Of a DNA stretch of 64,000 nucleotides, positions 1-9,371 are shown in pieces; position 1 is the stretch's first letter, and each line of letters begins with the position of its first letter. Where the stretch lies: contig JABCTZ010000017.1 in assembly GCA_018238155.1 (NCBI GenBank), positions 96,001 to 160,000 on the forward strand, given 5' to 3'. The translations under genes and the position numbers were made by a program. This DNA is from Candidatus Heimdallarchaeota archaeon. GTDB taxonomy: Archaea; Asgardarchaeota; Heimdallarchaeia; JABLTI01. Under the pieces are notes generated by a model that saw only the letters and a program-made list of their open reading frames with translations, was not told the DNA's origin and did not search any database.

Positions 1-1
1 A

Positions 2-895
2 TATACCGCACTTGGTGCTGCAGTTGTTGCAGCAAGAATAATGTCTTTAGCTGCAGGAACAGGGCGCATTCTTCTCTTAACAGATGGAATGGCAAATAAA
101 GGAATTGGCAGCCTTTCTGGCGCAAGTCCAGAAGGAAAGGAGTTCTACAAATCAATAGCACAAGAACTGAAAACTAATGGTGTTATTTTAGATATTGTGG
201 GTATTGCTGGGCAAGGATCTTTAGAGCTAAAAACGTTAGCACAAATGCCAGAAATAACAGGTGGAGATTTGTTTTATGCTGACCTTTCTGAACTTTCAGA
301 AAGCTTTTCAATGATTACGGGAGACACTCTTATTGGACGAAATGCTCGAATCAAAGTTATCGTTCCAGAAGAACTTGAACTCACTAATTTGAGTGGTGCA
401 GGAGCACATAGATCACATCTCAAGAGTGGGGAAGATATTTCCCTTGGTGGCTTGACTAAATCTCGTTCTTTAGCTTTTGAGTTTAAAACCAAGAAAAAAG
501 TGAAGGATCGCAAAAAAGTTCCTGTGCAAGTACAAATTCGCTATAAAGACGAAGATGACAATGAACGTCTCAAAATCGTTGAGCACGAACTCGAAGTTTC
601 AGAAATCAAAGAGGAGCTCGAGAAAAGCCTTGATGCTGATTTAATTGCTGGTTATACTGTGCAACGAGCGGCGCAAATTATGCAAAAGGATCGGAAGAAA
701 AGTAAGGAAATGATGAAGGGAATGCGTTCAATACTTTCTCGTGTTGCCCCACAAGCTGCTAAAGCACAAGCTTATCTTCATGAAGAGATGGAAGATCTCG
801 ATAAAATAATCGAAATGGAAGAAAAAGGCGAAGCAAGAGCAGAAGATCAAGTGCAAGCAAGCTCTTATCGTATGGCCAAAAAGAGAAAGAAATAA
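2..895 (+). CDS. Sec23/Sec24-like protein (VWA trunk end + beta-sandwich + helical region), 5'-truncated by window edge
   Basis: Frame is open from base 2: YTALGAAVVAARIMSLAAGTGRILLLTDGMANKGIGSL...FYKSIAQE...ITGG (VWA/trunk), then GRNARIKVIVPEELEL...SLGGLTKSRSLAFEF...VQVQIRYKDEDDNERLKIV (Sec23/24 beta-sandwich pattern), then LDADLIAGYTVQRAAQ (helical domain-like). Confidence 0.7.
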   Translation, partial: YTALGAAVVAARIMSLAAGTGRILLLTDGMANKGIGSLSGASPEGKEFYKSIAQELKTNGVILDIVGIAGQGSLELKTLAQMPEITGGDLFYADLSELSESFSMITGDTLIGRNARIKVIVPEELELTNLSGAGAHRSHLKSGEDISLGGLTKSRSLAFEFKTKKKVKDRKKVPVQVQIRYKDEDDNERLKIVEHELEVSEIKEELEKSLDADLIAGYTVQRAAQIMQKDRKKSKEMMKGMRSILSRVAPQAAKAQAYLHEEMEDLDKIIEMEEKGEARAEDQVQASSYRMAKKRKK

Positions 896-996
896 GCAAA
901 ATCAAAATGAGGATATGTATCAACAATCCTCTTCTTTTCATTTTTTGTTCCATTTATTATAATTAATCAATAATTTGATTTTTATTTGAAATCTAA

Positions 997-2265
997 TTAT
1001 CCTTGTATATCCTTAGGGAAGTAATTTTCAAGAGTTTTTTGAGTTCTGTATATTTTGTAGGTTTTGCTTACATTTAACCATCGATCTAAAGGTAATACAA
1101 GTCGTTTCTTCAATTCTACGAATGCATTGTCCATTGAATCGAATTTCTTTGGTGGGTGTTTCAAAGCTTCTTTAGCAATTTCTCTAAATCGCCAAACACC
1201 CATTGGAACCCATTCGGGGTCAACTTCCATAAATACAAAAGCACCTGATTGTCTATTTATTTTTGTCAAGTATTCTAAAACAGGTAAGCGAGTGCAATAG
1301 TAAGCTCCACAAATTACATCAGCATATTTCTTTCGTCCTTTCCAAGTTTCCCAATCTGTTTCAGGATTACCTAAAGGAGAGATACTCCAATATTCCAATG
1401 CCTCAAACATCCAGCCGCTTGGATACAATAGGATTTGAACATTATTTCCTAGTGCTTTATGGCCAAAAAGTTGAAAATCATTTATCCAATTTTTGTTTAG
1501 TATTTGCTTCCAAAACCTTTTCCCCAATATATCATCAATTGCAGTTATTGACCATGTTGTTGGAACTAATTTTCTCCTCTTTTTCAAACCAAATAAACCG
1601 GCAGATAACAACTTAGTAATATGTCTTTGTGGGATTTTGTCATCATAGAGATTCAAAATTCCTCCTGATGCTTTTAGATCTGTATCTCCAACAATTTTAT
1701 CCACTGGTTTTGGTACCTTCGGATTTTCAGTTATTCTAGCATTTTTTAGGATTCCTGATGGACCTGAAGGTGTTGTCCTGGGAGAAAAAACGATATCTAA
1801 TTTCGGGCGTTTAATGAACGACATTTCAGTATCAATGGGTTTACCTGACATTACTAACTCTTGTGTGAGGGAAAGAATTTTTCCCGGGTCGCGTGCAGAT
1901 TTTACACTTGTTGCTGCTTTTCCACGAACAAGAGATGTCCTATAAGCAATGATTTCCTCCATTGATTTTCCTATCCAAAGATCCTCTGCATCATAAATAG
2001 ATGTATCTTGTGATGCTAAAGGTGGTACCAATGGTCCTATAGCTACTTTTGGATAACCAAATACTCCAACAAAAAAACCCGGTGGGGAAGCACCAAAGAA
2101 TTCTGTCTTTGAAAAAGTCTTTTGAATTTCAGCTATAGATTTAGCTTTTGCTAAAATTGGGCATAAGCTTTTGCCACAGAGTTTTCTAAACCCCTTACAT
2201 CTTTGACACAAATTACGATTAATCTCGGAAGGAGAGGGTTTAAAGGTGAGATTACCGGAAGGCAC
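997..2265 (-). CDS. nreA: Nre family DNA repair protein (PCNA-interacting)
   Basis: N-terminal CxxCKG..LCG..CP motif, GASPPGFFVG.FGYPKV, LVPTTWSITAIDD, GAYY; C-terminal PIP box QKTLENYF. Confidence 0.92.
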   Translation of the reverse strand: MPSGNLTFKPSPSEINRNLCQRCKGFRKLCGKSLCPILAKAKSIAEIQKTFSKTEFFGASPPGFFVGVFGYPKVAIGPLVPPLASQDTSIYDAEDLWIGKSMEEIIAYRTSLVRGKAATSVKSARDPGKILSLTQELVMSGKPIDTEMSFIKRPKLDIVFSPRTTPSGPSGILKNARITENPKVPKPVDKIVGDTDLKASGGILNLYDDKIPQRHITKLLSAGLFGLKKRRKLVPTTWSITAIDDILGKRFWKQILNKNWINDFQLFGHKALGNNVQILLYPSGWMFEALEYWSISPLGNPETDWETWKGRKKYADVICGAYYCTRLPVLEYLTKINRQSGAFVFMEVDPEWVPMGVWRFREIAKEALKHPPKKFDSMDNAFVELKKRLVLPLDRWLNVSKTYKIYRTQKTLENYFPKDIQG

Positions 2266-2290
2266 TATCTATCACAAATTTATTACTTAA

Positions 2291-3031
2291 TTAAGTATCA
2301 AGTTCTTCTTGATGTTCTTCTTCCCCCAAAACCTCGAGTGAGCCAAGAGCACGTTCTGGTAGCTCCTCTCGTTTCATTTGTTCTTGTTCTTTTAGAAGAC
2401 GCTCTACTTCATCTTCTTCTGGTGCACTTTTCCTTTTAACATATAGTACTATGATTATTATTAAAACCATTAACCCAATGATACCAATTAACCCGTAAAT
2501 TACAACATCAAGCCAAATTCCGGCAAAAACATCAAAATGCCAAGTAAATGTTAAAGGTATCAAAGAAGCTCCGGCATACATGATTAAACTCCAATTATCC
2601 GTAGAAGGTGCCTTTACTTGAAACGTACCACTTCTCTTATTGTCAAATGGAATATCATCTGTTCTAAATAGAGGATCATATAAATAAAGCAAATCCTCAC
2701 TTGGAATTCTATCTACTGCCTGAGTTAAATTATCGCTTTCAAGCCACTTTTCAAAATTTTCAGAATCAATAATGAAAACTAGGAAAGGTGAAGATAAAAC
2801 ATCTGCTGGCATTGCTTCCCAATCTCCACTGATTGCTTGTCCTTCCTCTACATACTTTGTCACATTATGATACTCATATGAGGATAGAGTGATTTGTTCT
2901 TCAATTCTTATTGCTGTTCTTTCTATTTTCATACCGAAGGTTTGTTGTATGTTCAATTGAGATAATAAGCTCACAACGATTATTAAAGAAGCTAGTATTT
3001 TGATTCGAGACTTTTGGAAATGCATTTGCAC
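2291..3031 (-). CDS. Type I membrane protein with possible GOLD/p24-like beta ectodomain and acidic cytoplasmic tail
   Basis: Signal peptide; ectodomain with VEEGQAISGDW...FLVFIIDSENF...SGTFQVKAPSTDNWSLIMY; single TM; tail KRKSAPEEDEVERLL. Confidence 0.6.
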   Translation of the reverse strand: MQMHFQKSRIKILASLIIVVSLLSQLNIQQTFGMKIERTAIRIEEQITLSSYEYHNVTKYVEEGQAISGDWEAMPADVLSSPFLVFIIDSENFEKWLESDNLTQAVDRIPSEDLLYLYDPLFRTDDIPFDNKRSGTFQVKAPSTDNWSLIMYAGASLIPLTFTWHFDVFAGIWLDVVIYGLIGIIGLMVLIIIIVLYVKRKSAPEEDEVERLLKEQEQMKREELPERALGSLEVLGEEEHQEELDT

Positions 3032-3096
3032 AACAATCCTTGATGTTGATTTAGTAATCTGAGAATTAATTCAAGAATTTTTCTAATAGTTTCTAA

Positions 3097-3131
3097 AAGA
3101 AGAGAAAGAAGCGAGGGTAAGTTTCCCTCGC
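3097..3131 (-). terminator. Hairpin + U-rich tract terminator-like element
   Basis: GCGAGGG/CCCTCGC 7-bp stem (3111-3131) followed on the minus strand by TTCTTTCTCTTCTTTT. Confidence 0.55.
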
Positions 3132-3653
3132 AAAAAGCATGTTGTTTTCTCTTTCTTCAATAAACAATTGAGGAGTTACAATATCTGAAATTATTGCAAG
3201 CATTACGTTACTCAAATATCAGGTGTTTTGTAGTTCTTGTCATGCTTGAATTTTTCCATGTTCTCTTCTTTTGTTTTTTTAGATGGGTGCTTTATTAATT
3301 TTTGAGTAGCATTATTTTCTCTTCTGAATTTCTTTTCCCTTGCTGAAGATGATTCTATATCTATTAGTTTAGATATATCAACTATAAAGGTTTACATTGT
3401 TTCTCTTTTCAGAAAGAAAAAAGCTTCTCAAGGAACTAAAAAAGAGATAAAATTATCATCTTCTTAGTCATCTTTTTTAATAATATATCGCTCAGTGAAC
3501 GTATATGTATTCAGATAGAAATTTATTATCGAAAGAATTGTTAGTCTTTAAAAGAACGGCTGTGTATATTCAATAAGACGATTGGAAGAATCGAAGAGGC
3601 TGATATTTTTCGATTGTATTATAATTATATTTAATTATTATCGAGAGATTACT

Positions 3654-5606
3654 ATGAGCAAAAAAACCGCTAAGAAGTCAGGTAAAGCAGCAAAAGATGA
3701 ACCACTAATAGATGTAGATATCAAAACAACAGCTGAAATTCCTGTCCCAACTAGGTTAATTGATCAAGTTCTCGGTCAAGGGCGATCTGTTAATTTAGTA
3801 AAGAAAGCTTCAATTCAGAGAAGAAATGTTCTATTAATTGGTGAACCTGGTACTGGAAAGAGTATGTTAGGTTCTGCAATGGCTGAACTCCTCCCACGGG
3901 AGGATTTAGAAGATATTTTATGTGTACCAAATAGAAAGGATAGCAATACTCCAAAAATTGTCACTGTTGGTTCTGGTGAAGGAAGACGTATAGTTGATCG
4001 GTATAATGAAAAAGCTTCAAAAGGTTCAAACTTAAGGATGATTTTCAGTTTAGTCATACCAATAGCAATAATGCTCTATGTTATCTTTGTTCCAGTATCA
4101 CACCCTGATCAAAGACCACAACTTATCTTAATGGGTCTTTTTGTTTCATTCTTTGCATTTATCGCAATGAGTCAATTAAGAAGTAAATCGGAAAATCTTG
4201 TCCCTAAACTTCTTGTTGATACCAGTCAGCAAACTCATGCTCCATATAATGATGCAACAGGTGCACATGCAGGTGCATTATTGGGTGATGTTCGTCATGA
4301 TCCCTTCCAAAGTGGTGGTCTGGGAACACCTGCACATGAACGTGTTGAGGCTGGGTTAATACATAAATCCCACAAAGGAGTACTTTATTGTGATGAAATT
4401 GCTACACTTGGGATGCGAACTCAACAACAACTTCTAACTGCTATGCAAGAAAAAGAATTCCAAATTACCGGTCAGAGTGAATTGAGCAGTGGAGCAATGG
4501 TTCGTACTGAACCTGTGCCTTGTGATTTTATTCTTATTGCTGCGGGAAATCTTCCTACGATGGAACAGATGCATCCTGCATTGCGCTCAAGAATTCGTGG
4601 GTATGGGTATGAAATTTATATGGATGAAGTGATGCCTGATACACTTGAAAATCGAAATAAAATCGTACGTTTCGTTGCTCAAGAAGTTTCTAAAGATGGA
4701 CGCATTCCTCATTTCTCAGTAGATGCTGTAGAAGAAGTTATCCGAGAATTTCGTAGAAGAGCCAATAAGAAAAATAGTCTTACTTTAATGTTTAGAGAGC
4801 TTGGTGGTCTCGTTCGTGCTTCTGGAGACATTGCACGAGAAGATAACGATTCAGTAACTACTATGAAACATGTTCACCGAGCAAAATCACTAGCTAGTTC
4901 TTTAGAACAACAAATAGCTGAAAAATACATTGCAAGAAGACGTGATTACCAAATTATACTTAATGAAGGTGCTCTTATTGGACGAGTGAATGGTTTAGCT
5001 GTTCTTGGATCAAGAAGTGGTATTGTAACAAATGTTGAAGCTGAAGTGACTCCTGCGTTAAGCAATCAAGAAGGAAAGATTATTGCTACTGGTAAACTAG
5101 GTGAAATTGCTCAAGAATCTGTATTGAATGTGAGTGCAATAATCAAAAAATATATTGGAATAGATATTTCTCAACACGATGTTCACGTCCAATTCTTACA
5201 AACCTACTCAGGTGTAGAAGGTGATAGTGCAAGTGTTTCTGTCGCTACTGCTGTTGTTTCTGCACTTACTGATACTCCTGTTCGTCAAGATGTTGCTATG
5301 ACTGGTTCACTATCCGTTCGTGGTGAAGTTTTACCCATTGGTGGTGCAACCTTCAAAATAGAAGCAGCTATGGAAGCAGGTATCAAAACTGTTATCATAC
5401 CCATAGGTAACTTAAGTGATGTTGTTCTTGATGCTTCACAAAGAAAACAGATAAACATCATTCCTGTTTCTCGATTCTGGGAAGTGCTTGATATAGCGTT
5501 AGCTGTTGATGATCAAGGTATTGTTGATAAATTCAAAGCAAGTGTTAGTGAATACGAATTCAAGCTTGAAGCGAAACTAAAAGAAGCAGCGAAAGGAAAG
5601 AAATAA
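3654..5606 (+). CDS. lonB: Archaeal ATP-dependent Lon protease (LonB, membrane-anchored)
   Basis: Walker A GEPGTGKS, two TM helices inside the AAA domain, LLGDVRHDPFQSGGLGTP, catalytic EGDSAS and downstream Lys (GGATFKIEAA); ATG 3654 preferred over TTG 3582. Confidence 0.97.
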   Translation: MSKKTAKKSGKAAKDEPLIDVDIKTTAEIPVPTRLIDQVLGQGRSVNLVKKASIQRRNVLLIGEPGTGKSMLGSAMAELLPREDLEDILCVPNRKDSNTPKIVTVGSGEGRRIVDRYNEKASKGSNLRMIFSLVIPIAIMLYVIFVPVSHPDQRPQLILMGLFVSFFAFIAMSQLRSKSENLVPKLLVDTSQQTHAPYNDATGAHAGALLGDVRHDPFQSGGLGTPAHERVEAGLIHKSHKGVLYCDEIATLGMRTQQQLLTAMQEKEFQITGQSELSSGAMVRTEPVPCDFILIAAGNLPTMEQMHPALRSRIRGYGYEIYMDEVMPDTLENRNKIVRFVAQEVSKDGRIPHFSVDAVEEVIREFRRRANKKNSLTLMFRELGGLVRASGDIAREDNDSVTTMKHVHRAKSLASSLEQQIAEKYIARRRDYQIILNEGALIGRVNGLAVLGSRSGIVTNVEAEVTPALSNQEGKIIATGKLGEIAQESVLNVSAIIKKYIGIDISQHDVHVQFLQTYSGVEGDSASVSVATAVVSALTDTPVRQDVAMTGSLSVRGEVLPIGGATFKIEAAMEAGIKTVIIPIGNLSDVVLDASQRKQINIIPVSRFWEVLDIALAVDDQGIVDKFKASVSEYEFKLEAKLKEAAKGKK

Positions 5607-5643
5607 CTTTCCAAACTCCTGTTTCTAATCTAAAAATAACAAT

Positions 5644-5668
5644 ATGCGGGTTTCCGCATTTTCTTTTT
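5644..5668 (+). terminator. Hairpin + U-tract terminator after lonB
   Basis: ATGCGG-GTTT-CCGCAT then TTTCTTTTT. Confidence 0.6.
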
Positions 5669-5743
5669 CCTTATGTTTTCTAAAATTTTTAACCGTTTAA
5701 CTAATTAACTTGAAAGCAATTATTTACTATAGGTTTGAGTTAG

Positions 5744-6769
5744 ATGAGCAAATATCATGAAGCGTTGTATTATACTCAACAAAATGATTCCAAAATAAAA
5801 TGTAACCTTTGTCCACACAATTGCATTATTTCTCCTAATAATAAAGGAAAGTGTAATGTACGATTAAATGTGGATGGAAAGTTATATTCACTGAATTATG
5901 GTTTGTCTACTTCTGGAAGTCAAGATCCGATTGAGAAAAAACCTCTCTATCATTTTCAACCTGGAACTTGTTCCTATAGTTTTGGAACTGTTGGTTGTAA
6001 TCTATTCTGTCAATTCTGTCAAAATTGGCATATCGCTCGTGCTGACCCTGAAAATACCAAGCATAGCCTTGATTATCTTTCACCAGATGAGGCGGTTAAA
6101 TCTGCTAAGAAATCTGGTTGTCCATCCGTTGCTTATACTTACAATGAACCAATTGTTTGGTATGAATGGGTGCTAGATACCGCGAAGAAAATGAAATTAA
6201 ATGGCTTGAAGAATGTGTTAGTAACAAATGGTTATATTCAACAAGAACCATTAGAAGAGCTTTTACCATATATTGATGCTGCTAATGTAGATTTGAAAGG
6301 AGACGCTAAATTCTACAAAGAATTATGCAAAGTCTCTCATCATGAAGCTGTATTGCGAACATGCAAGTTGATGGTACAAAACAACATTCATCTCGAGATA
6401 ACTAATTTAATTGTTACTTCAAGTAATGATTCTAAAGAGCAGATTCAAGATTTGATCGATTTTATAAAAAATGAGCTGGGTGCTGAAGTTCCTTTACACT
6501 TCTCCCGTTATTATCCACAGTATAAACTTGATTTACCATCTACTCCTGTTGAGACACTTTTAATGGCTCGAGATATGGCAATTAATTCTGGATTGAAATA
6601 TGTTTATTTGGGGAATGTGCGAGATGCAGAACATAGTAATACATATTGTAAAAATTGTGGTGAACTTTTGATTAGTAGAACTGGATATTCTGTCCGTTTT
6701 CCAAACATCACCAAAGATAAAAAATGCAAAAAATGTTCTGATTTCAATTCAATTATTTGGTATGACTAG
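5744..6769 (+). CDS. amrS: AmmeMemoRadiSam system radical SAM enzyme
   Basis: CNLCPHNC, DPIEKKPLYHF, GCNLFCQFCQNW (CxxxCxxC), AYTYNEP, PLHFSRYYP, YVYLGNV. Confidence 0.93.
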   Translation: MSKYHEALYYTQQNDSKIKCNLCPHNCIISPNNKGKCNVRLNVDGKLYSLNYGLSTSGSQDPIEKKPLYHFQPGTCSYSFGTVGCNLFCQFCQNWHIARADPENTKHSLDYLSPDEAVKSAKKSGCPSVAYTYNEPIVWYEWVLDTAKKMKLNGLKNVLVTNGYIQQEPLEELLPYIDAANVDLKGDAKFYKELCKVSHHEAVLRTCKLMVQNNIHLEITNLIVTSSNDSKEQIQDLIDFIKNELGAEVPLHFSRYYPQYKLDLPSTPVETLLMARDMAINSGLKYVYLGNVRDAEHSNTYCKNCGELLISRTGYSVRFPNITKDKKCKKCSDFNSIIWYD

Positions 6770-6903
6770 TATTTTTCTACTATCATTATATCTAGTTTTT
6801 TTTCCCCCTCAATTCTATTTTGTATGGTTTATATAGGTGAATGAGACATGTCTATTTACCACGATGGTGGTAACTAAATAATCGTTAACGGTGGAAAAGA
6901 AAA

Positions 6904-8145
6904 ATGTCAAGCAATTTCTGTGTTTATTGCGGTCAACATTTAGAAGGAAATGATAAATTCTGTTATAAATGTGGCGCAACTGTTCAAGATCAGAAGGTTG
7001 TACCTTCTATTAAAAATCCCGATAATAGACTACATAGTAATAGTTTAACAACTCCAATAATAGATGAAAATAAACGGTCCTCTAGCAAAAATTTGAAACT
7101 ATTAATTCTAATTCCAATAATACTATTTTCAATTGCTTTACCTTTTATAATCCTGTCATCATTAGGGGCGGTTAGATCTCCGCTTGGAACGTTGGACTAT
7201 GAAATAAATTCAATGGACTATTTGGACGTAGAATTAGTAATAGACAATAGTGTTGGCTTAATCGAGATAACTTTTGATGATTCAATGGATGCCCTCTTTG
7301 AAGCAACAATAGAGGTTCGAGGTGGAATTAAAGCTTCTCTGGAGGATGCAAAAAACTTCCAGCATAACGTGATAAACAACAAAACAATAATCACTTTTAA
7401 TTCCGAAGATGAATTCTTAACAATTTGGAATTTTAAAACTCTTACTCATAATCTTTACATTTCATTACATCCAGATACAGTAACTGATTTTAGTGTTTGC
7501 TCTTCTGTAGGCAGTGTTAGTTTAGATTTAGATAGTGTTGATAATCTTGTAATGAAAGATGTGGATTTATCCTCATCCACAGGTTCTGTGAATTTCTGCT
7601 CTGGAAATACAATTAATACTACTATGGAAGATATTATTTTGTCAACTAATAATGGTCGAATCTTATTCAACTTTGATGATGCATTTGGAACGACTGTGAA
7701 CGAAATTGTTTTCGAAGATTCCACTGGTAATATAATTGCACTATTAGGAGAGGCATTGAACATTGAATCTACTGATATAGTCATGTTGACTTCTACAGGT
7801 TCAATAGAATTAACTTTTGAGGATATCCTCTTTAATGAGGATACGAATTGGCTTATTGAAACTTCCACTGGATATATATCAATAGAATTCATTCAAAACA
7901 TCAACCTTCCGGCAAATTTCACAGCAGTATTTAATGTAGAAACATCTACAGGAAGTATTACTATAGATGGAGATGTTGCAAGTGATGTAGGTATAGAAGC
8001 TGCTGCCACAACTAATACAGGTAGTATCAGTTTTCCAAGTGAATCCAGTCAGTACACTTCTGAGAATTTTTACTTGAAAAACAATCGCTTCTCTTTTACG
8101 TTAGTGACCTCTACTGGCAGTATTACAGCAAATTTTGAAAACTAA
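6904..8145 (+). CDS. Zinc-ribbon + TM + DUF4097/adhesin-like beta-repeat membrane protein
   Basis: FCVYCG...FCYKCG zinc ribbon, one TM, repeated (T/S)STGSI units. Confidence 0.8.
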   Translation: MSSNFCVYCGQHLEGNDKFCYKCGATVQDQKVVPSIKNPDNRLHSNSLTTPIIDENKRSSSKNLKLLILIPIILFSIALPFIILSSLGAVRSPLGTLDYEINSMDYLDVELVIDNSVGLIEITFDDSMDALFEATIEVRGGIKASLEDAKNFQHNVINNKTIITFNSEDEFLTIWNFKTLTHNLYISLHPDTVTDFSVCSSVGSVSLDLDSVDNLVMKDVDLSSSTGSVNFCSGNTINTTMEDIILSTNNGRILFNFDDAFGTTVNEIVFEDSTGNIIALLGEALNIESTDIVMLTSTGSIELTFEDILFNEDTNWLIETSTGYISIEFIQNINLPANFTAVFNVETSTGSITIDGDVASDVGIEAAATTNTGSISFPSESSQYTSENFYLKNNRFSFTLVTSTGSITANFEN

Positions 8146-8329
8146 CAAATGAAGTTATTTCTTACTCCTTCCATTTTTGAAGATATGAGGGAGTAACAAA
8201 ACCTCTCCCAAATGACGAATATTCCTTCCTATAGTCATCAAAACCATGTAAAAACATCTTTCATTTTCAATTTTTTAGAAATGAATATATTTGTAGACTC
8301 AAAGTAAATCACTAGTTTGAGGTTATATA

Positions 8330-9367
8330 ATGAAAAACACAAGAAGAAATAAACATGTGCTCATTTCTACGTTTGCACTATTAACAATCGTTCTCATTGT
8401 TTTATCATCAGCTAATCAAATGGTGAATGCAAAAAAAATTACTGCCATCATTCACTCAAACAATTCTGGATTAGCAATGATTGATACAGATTTCTTCGAA
8501 ATTACTGCTGTTGGAGACCACAAACTAACATTAATCGAATATTCACACTACAACAGACCAATTTATCCTAATTATACTCAAGTAAATTTTGCTGTAGTAT
8601 TAGATGGGGAAGAGCATGCTATATCTAAGATAGAGCTTCACTATTCTCAAAATAAAATCAATTGGACAACAATTCTTTTCACTGAAACAAAAAACCTCTC
8701 AGCAAATTCAACTTTATTTGACGTATCAATTGGTCCATTCATTGAGTCTGGTATGTATTCCGTAAAAATCAATGCTACACGAGGTTCGCTTGAGCATGCT
8801 ACTATCTTCTTTTTTATGCATGTAGAAGAAATTAATGGTCTTGTATTCCTTGATTTTGATCATCAAATAGTTGAATTAGAAAATAAGACCAAACTGGTAA
8901 ATCTTCAAGTAAGTGTTCTAGGTAATAATTTGATTAATGACTCTGTAAGAGTAATAGTAAATCAGATCGATTATAATTCAACCACAATGGAACTTATTGA
9001 CGGGTCAACAAATCGATACAATGCTACTATGGGTTCAATTATGCACTGGAACGAGTACGTTCATGTTACTTTTATTGGTAATACCGTTTTAGGAACGGAG
9101 TACAATAATACTAACTTTCTATTTCATAAAGGACCTCCTAGATTTGAAGAACCATTTCTCACTTCAGTTCTTCCAGCAATTCTTGTTAGCTTACTAGTTC
9201 TCGGTTCAATATCCACAATTTTCATCATGGCTAAACGACGTGTGCCTAAGAAATTCGATATCGAAACCTCTGATAATAAGGAATTGAAAGCACAACTAAG
9301 AAAACAAATGAAAAAAGAAAGAAGAAATAAAAAAGAAAAAGTAGAAAAGAAAGATGACTTACTCTGA
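8330..9367 (+). CDS. Hypothetical secreted protein with C-terminal TM anchor and basic tail
   Basis: Signal peptide, many NxS/T sequons, C-terminal TM, Lys/Arg-rich tail. Confidence 0.75.
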   Translation: MKNTRRNKHVLISTFALLTIVLIVLSSANQMVNAKKITAIIHSNNSGLAMIDTDFFEITAVGDHKLTLIEYSHYNRPIYPNYTQVNFAVVLDGEEHAISKIELHYSQNKINWTTILFTETKNLSANSTLFDVSIGPFIESGMYSVKINATRGSLEHATIFFFMHVEEINGLVFLDFDHQIVELENKTKLVNLQVSVLGNNLINDSVRVIVNQIDYNSTTMELIDGSTNRYNATMGSIMHWNEYVHVTFIGNTVLGTEYNNTNFLFHKGPPRFEEPFLTSVLPAILVSLLVLGSISTIFIMAKRRVPKKFDIETSDNKELKAQLRKQMKKERRNKKEKVEKKDDLL

Positions 9368-9371
9368 ATCA

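Noticed and set aside
9340-9367. C-terminal KKDDLL as a KDEL-like or dileucine signal
   Set aside because: Does not fit either consensus, and the tail is predicted to be cytoplasmic
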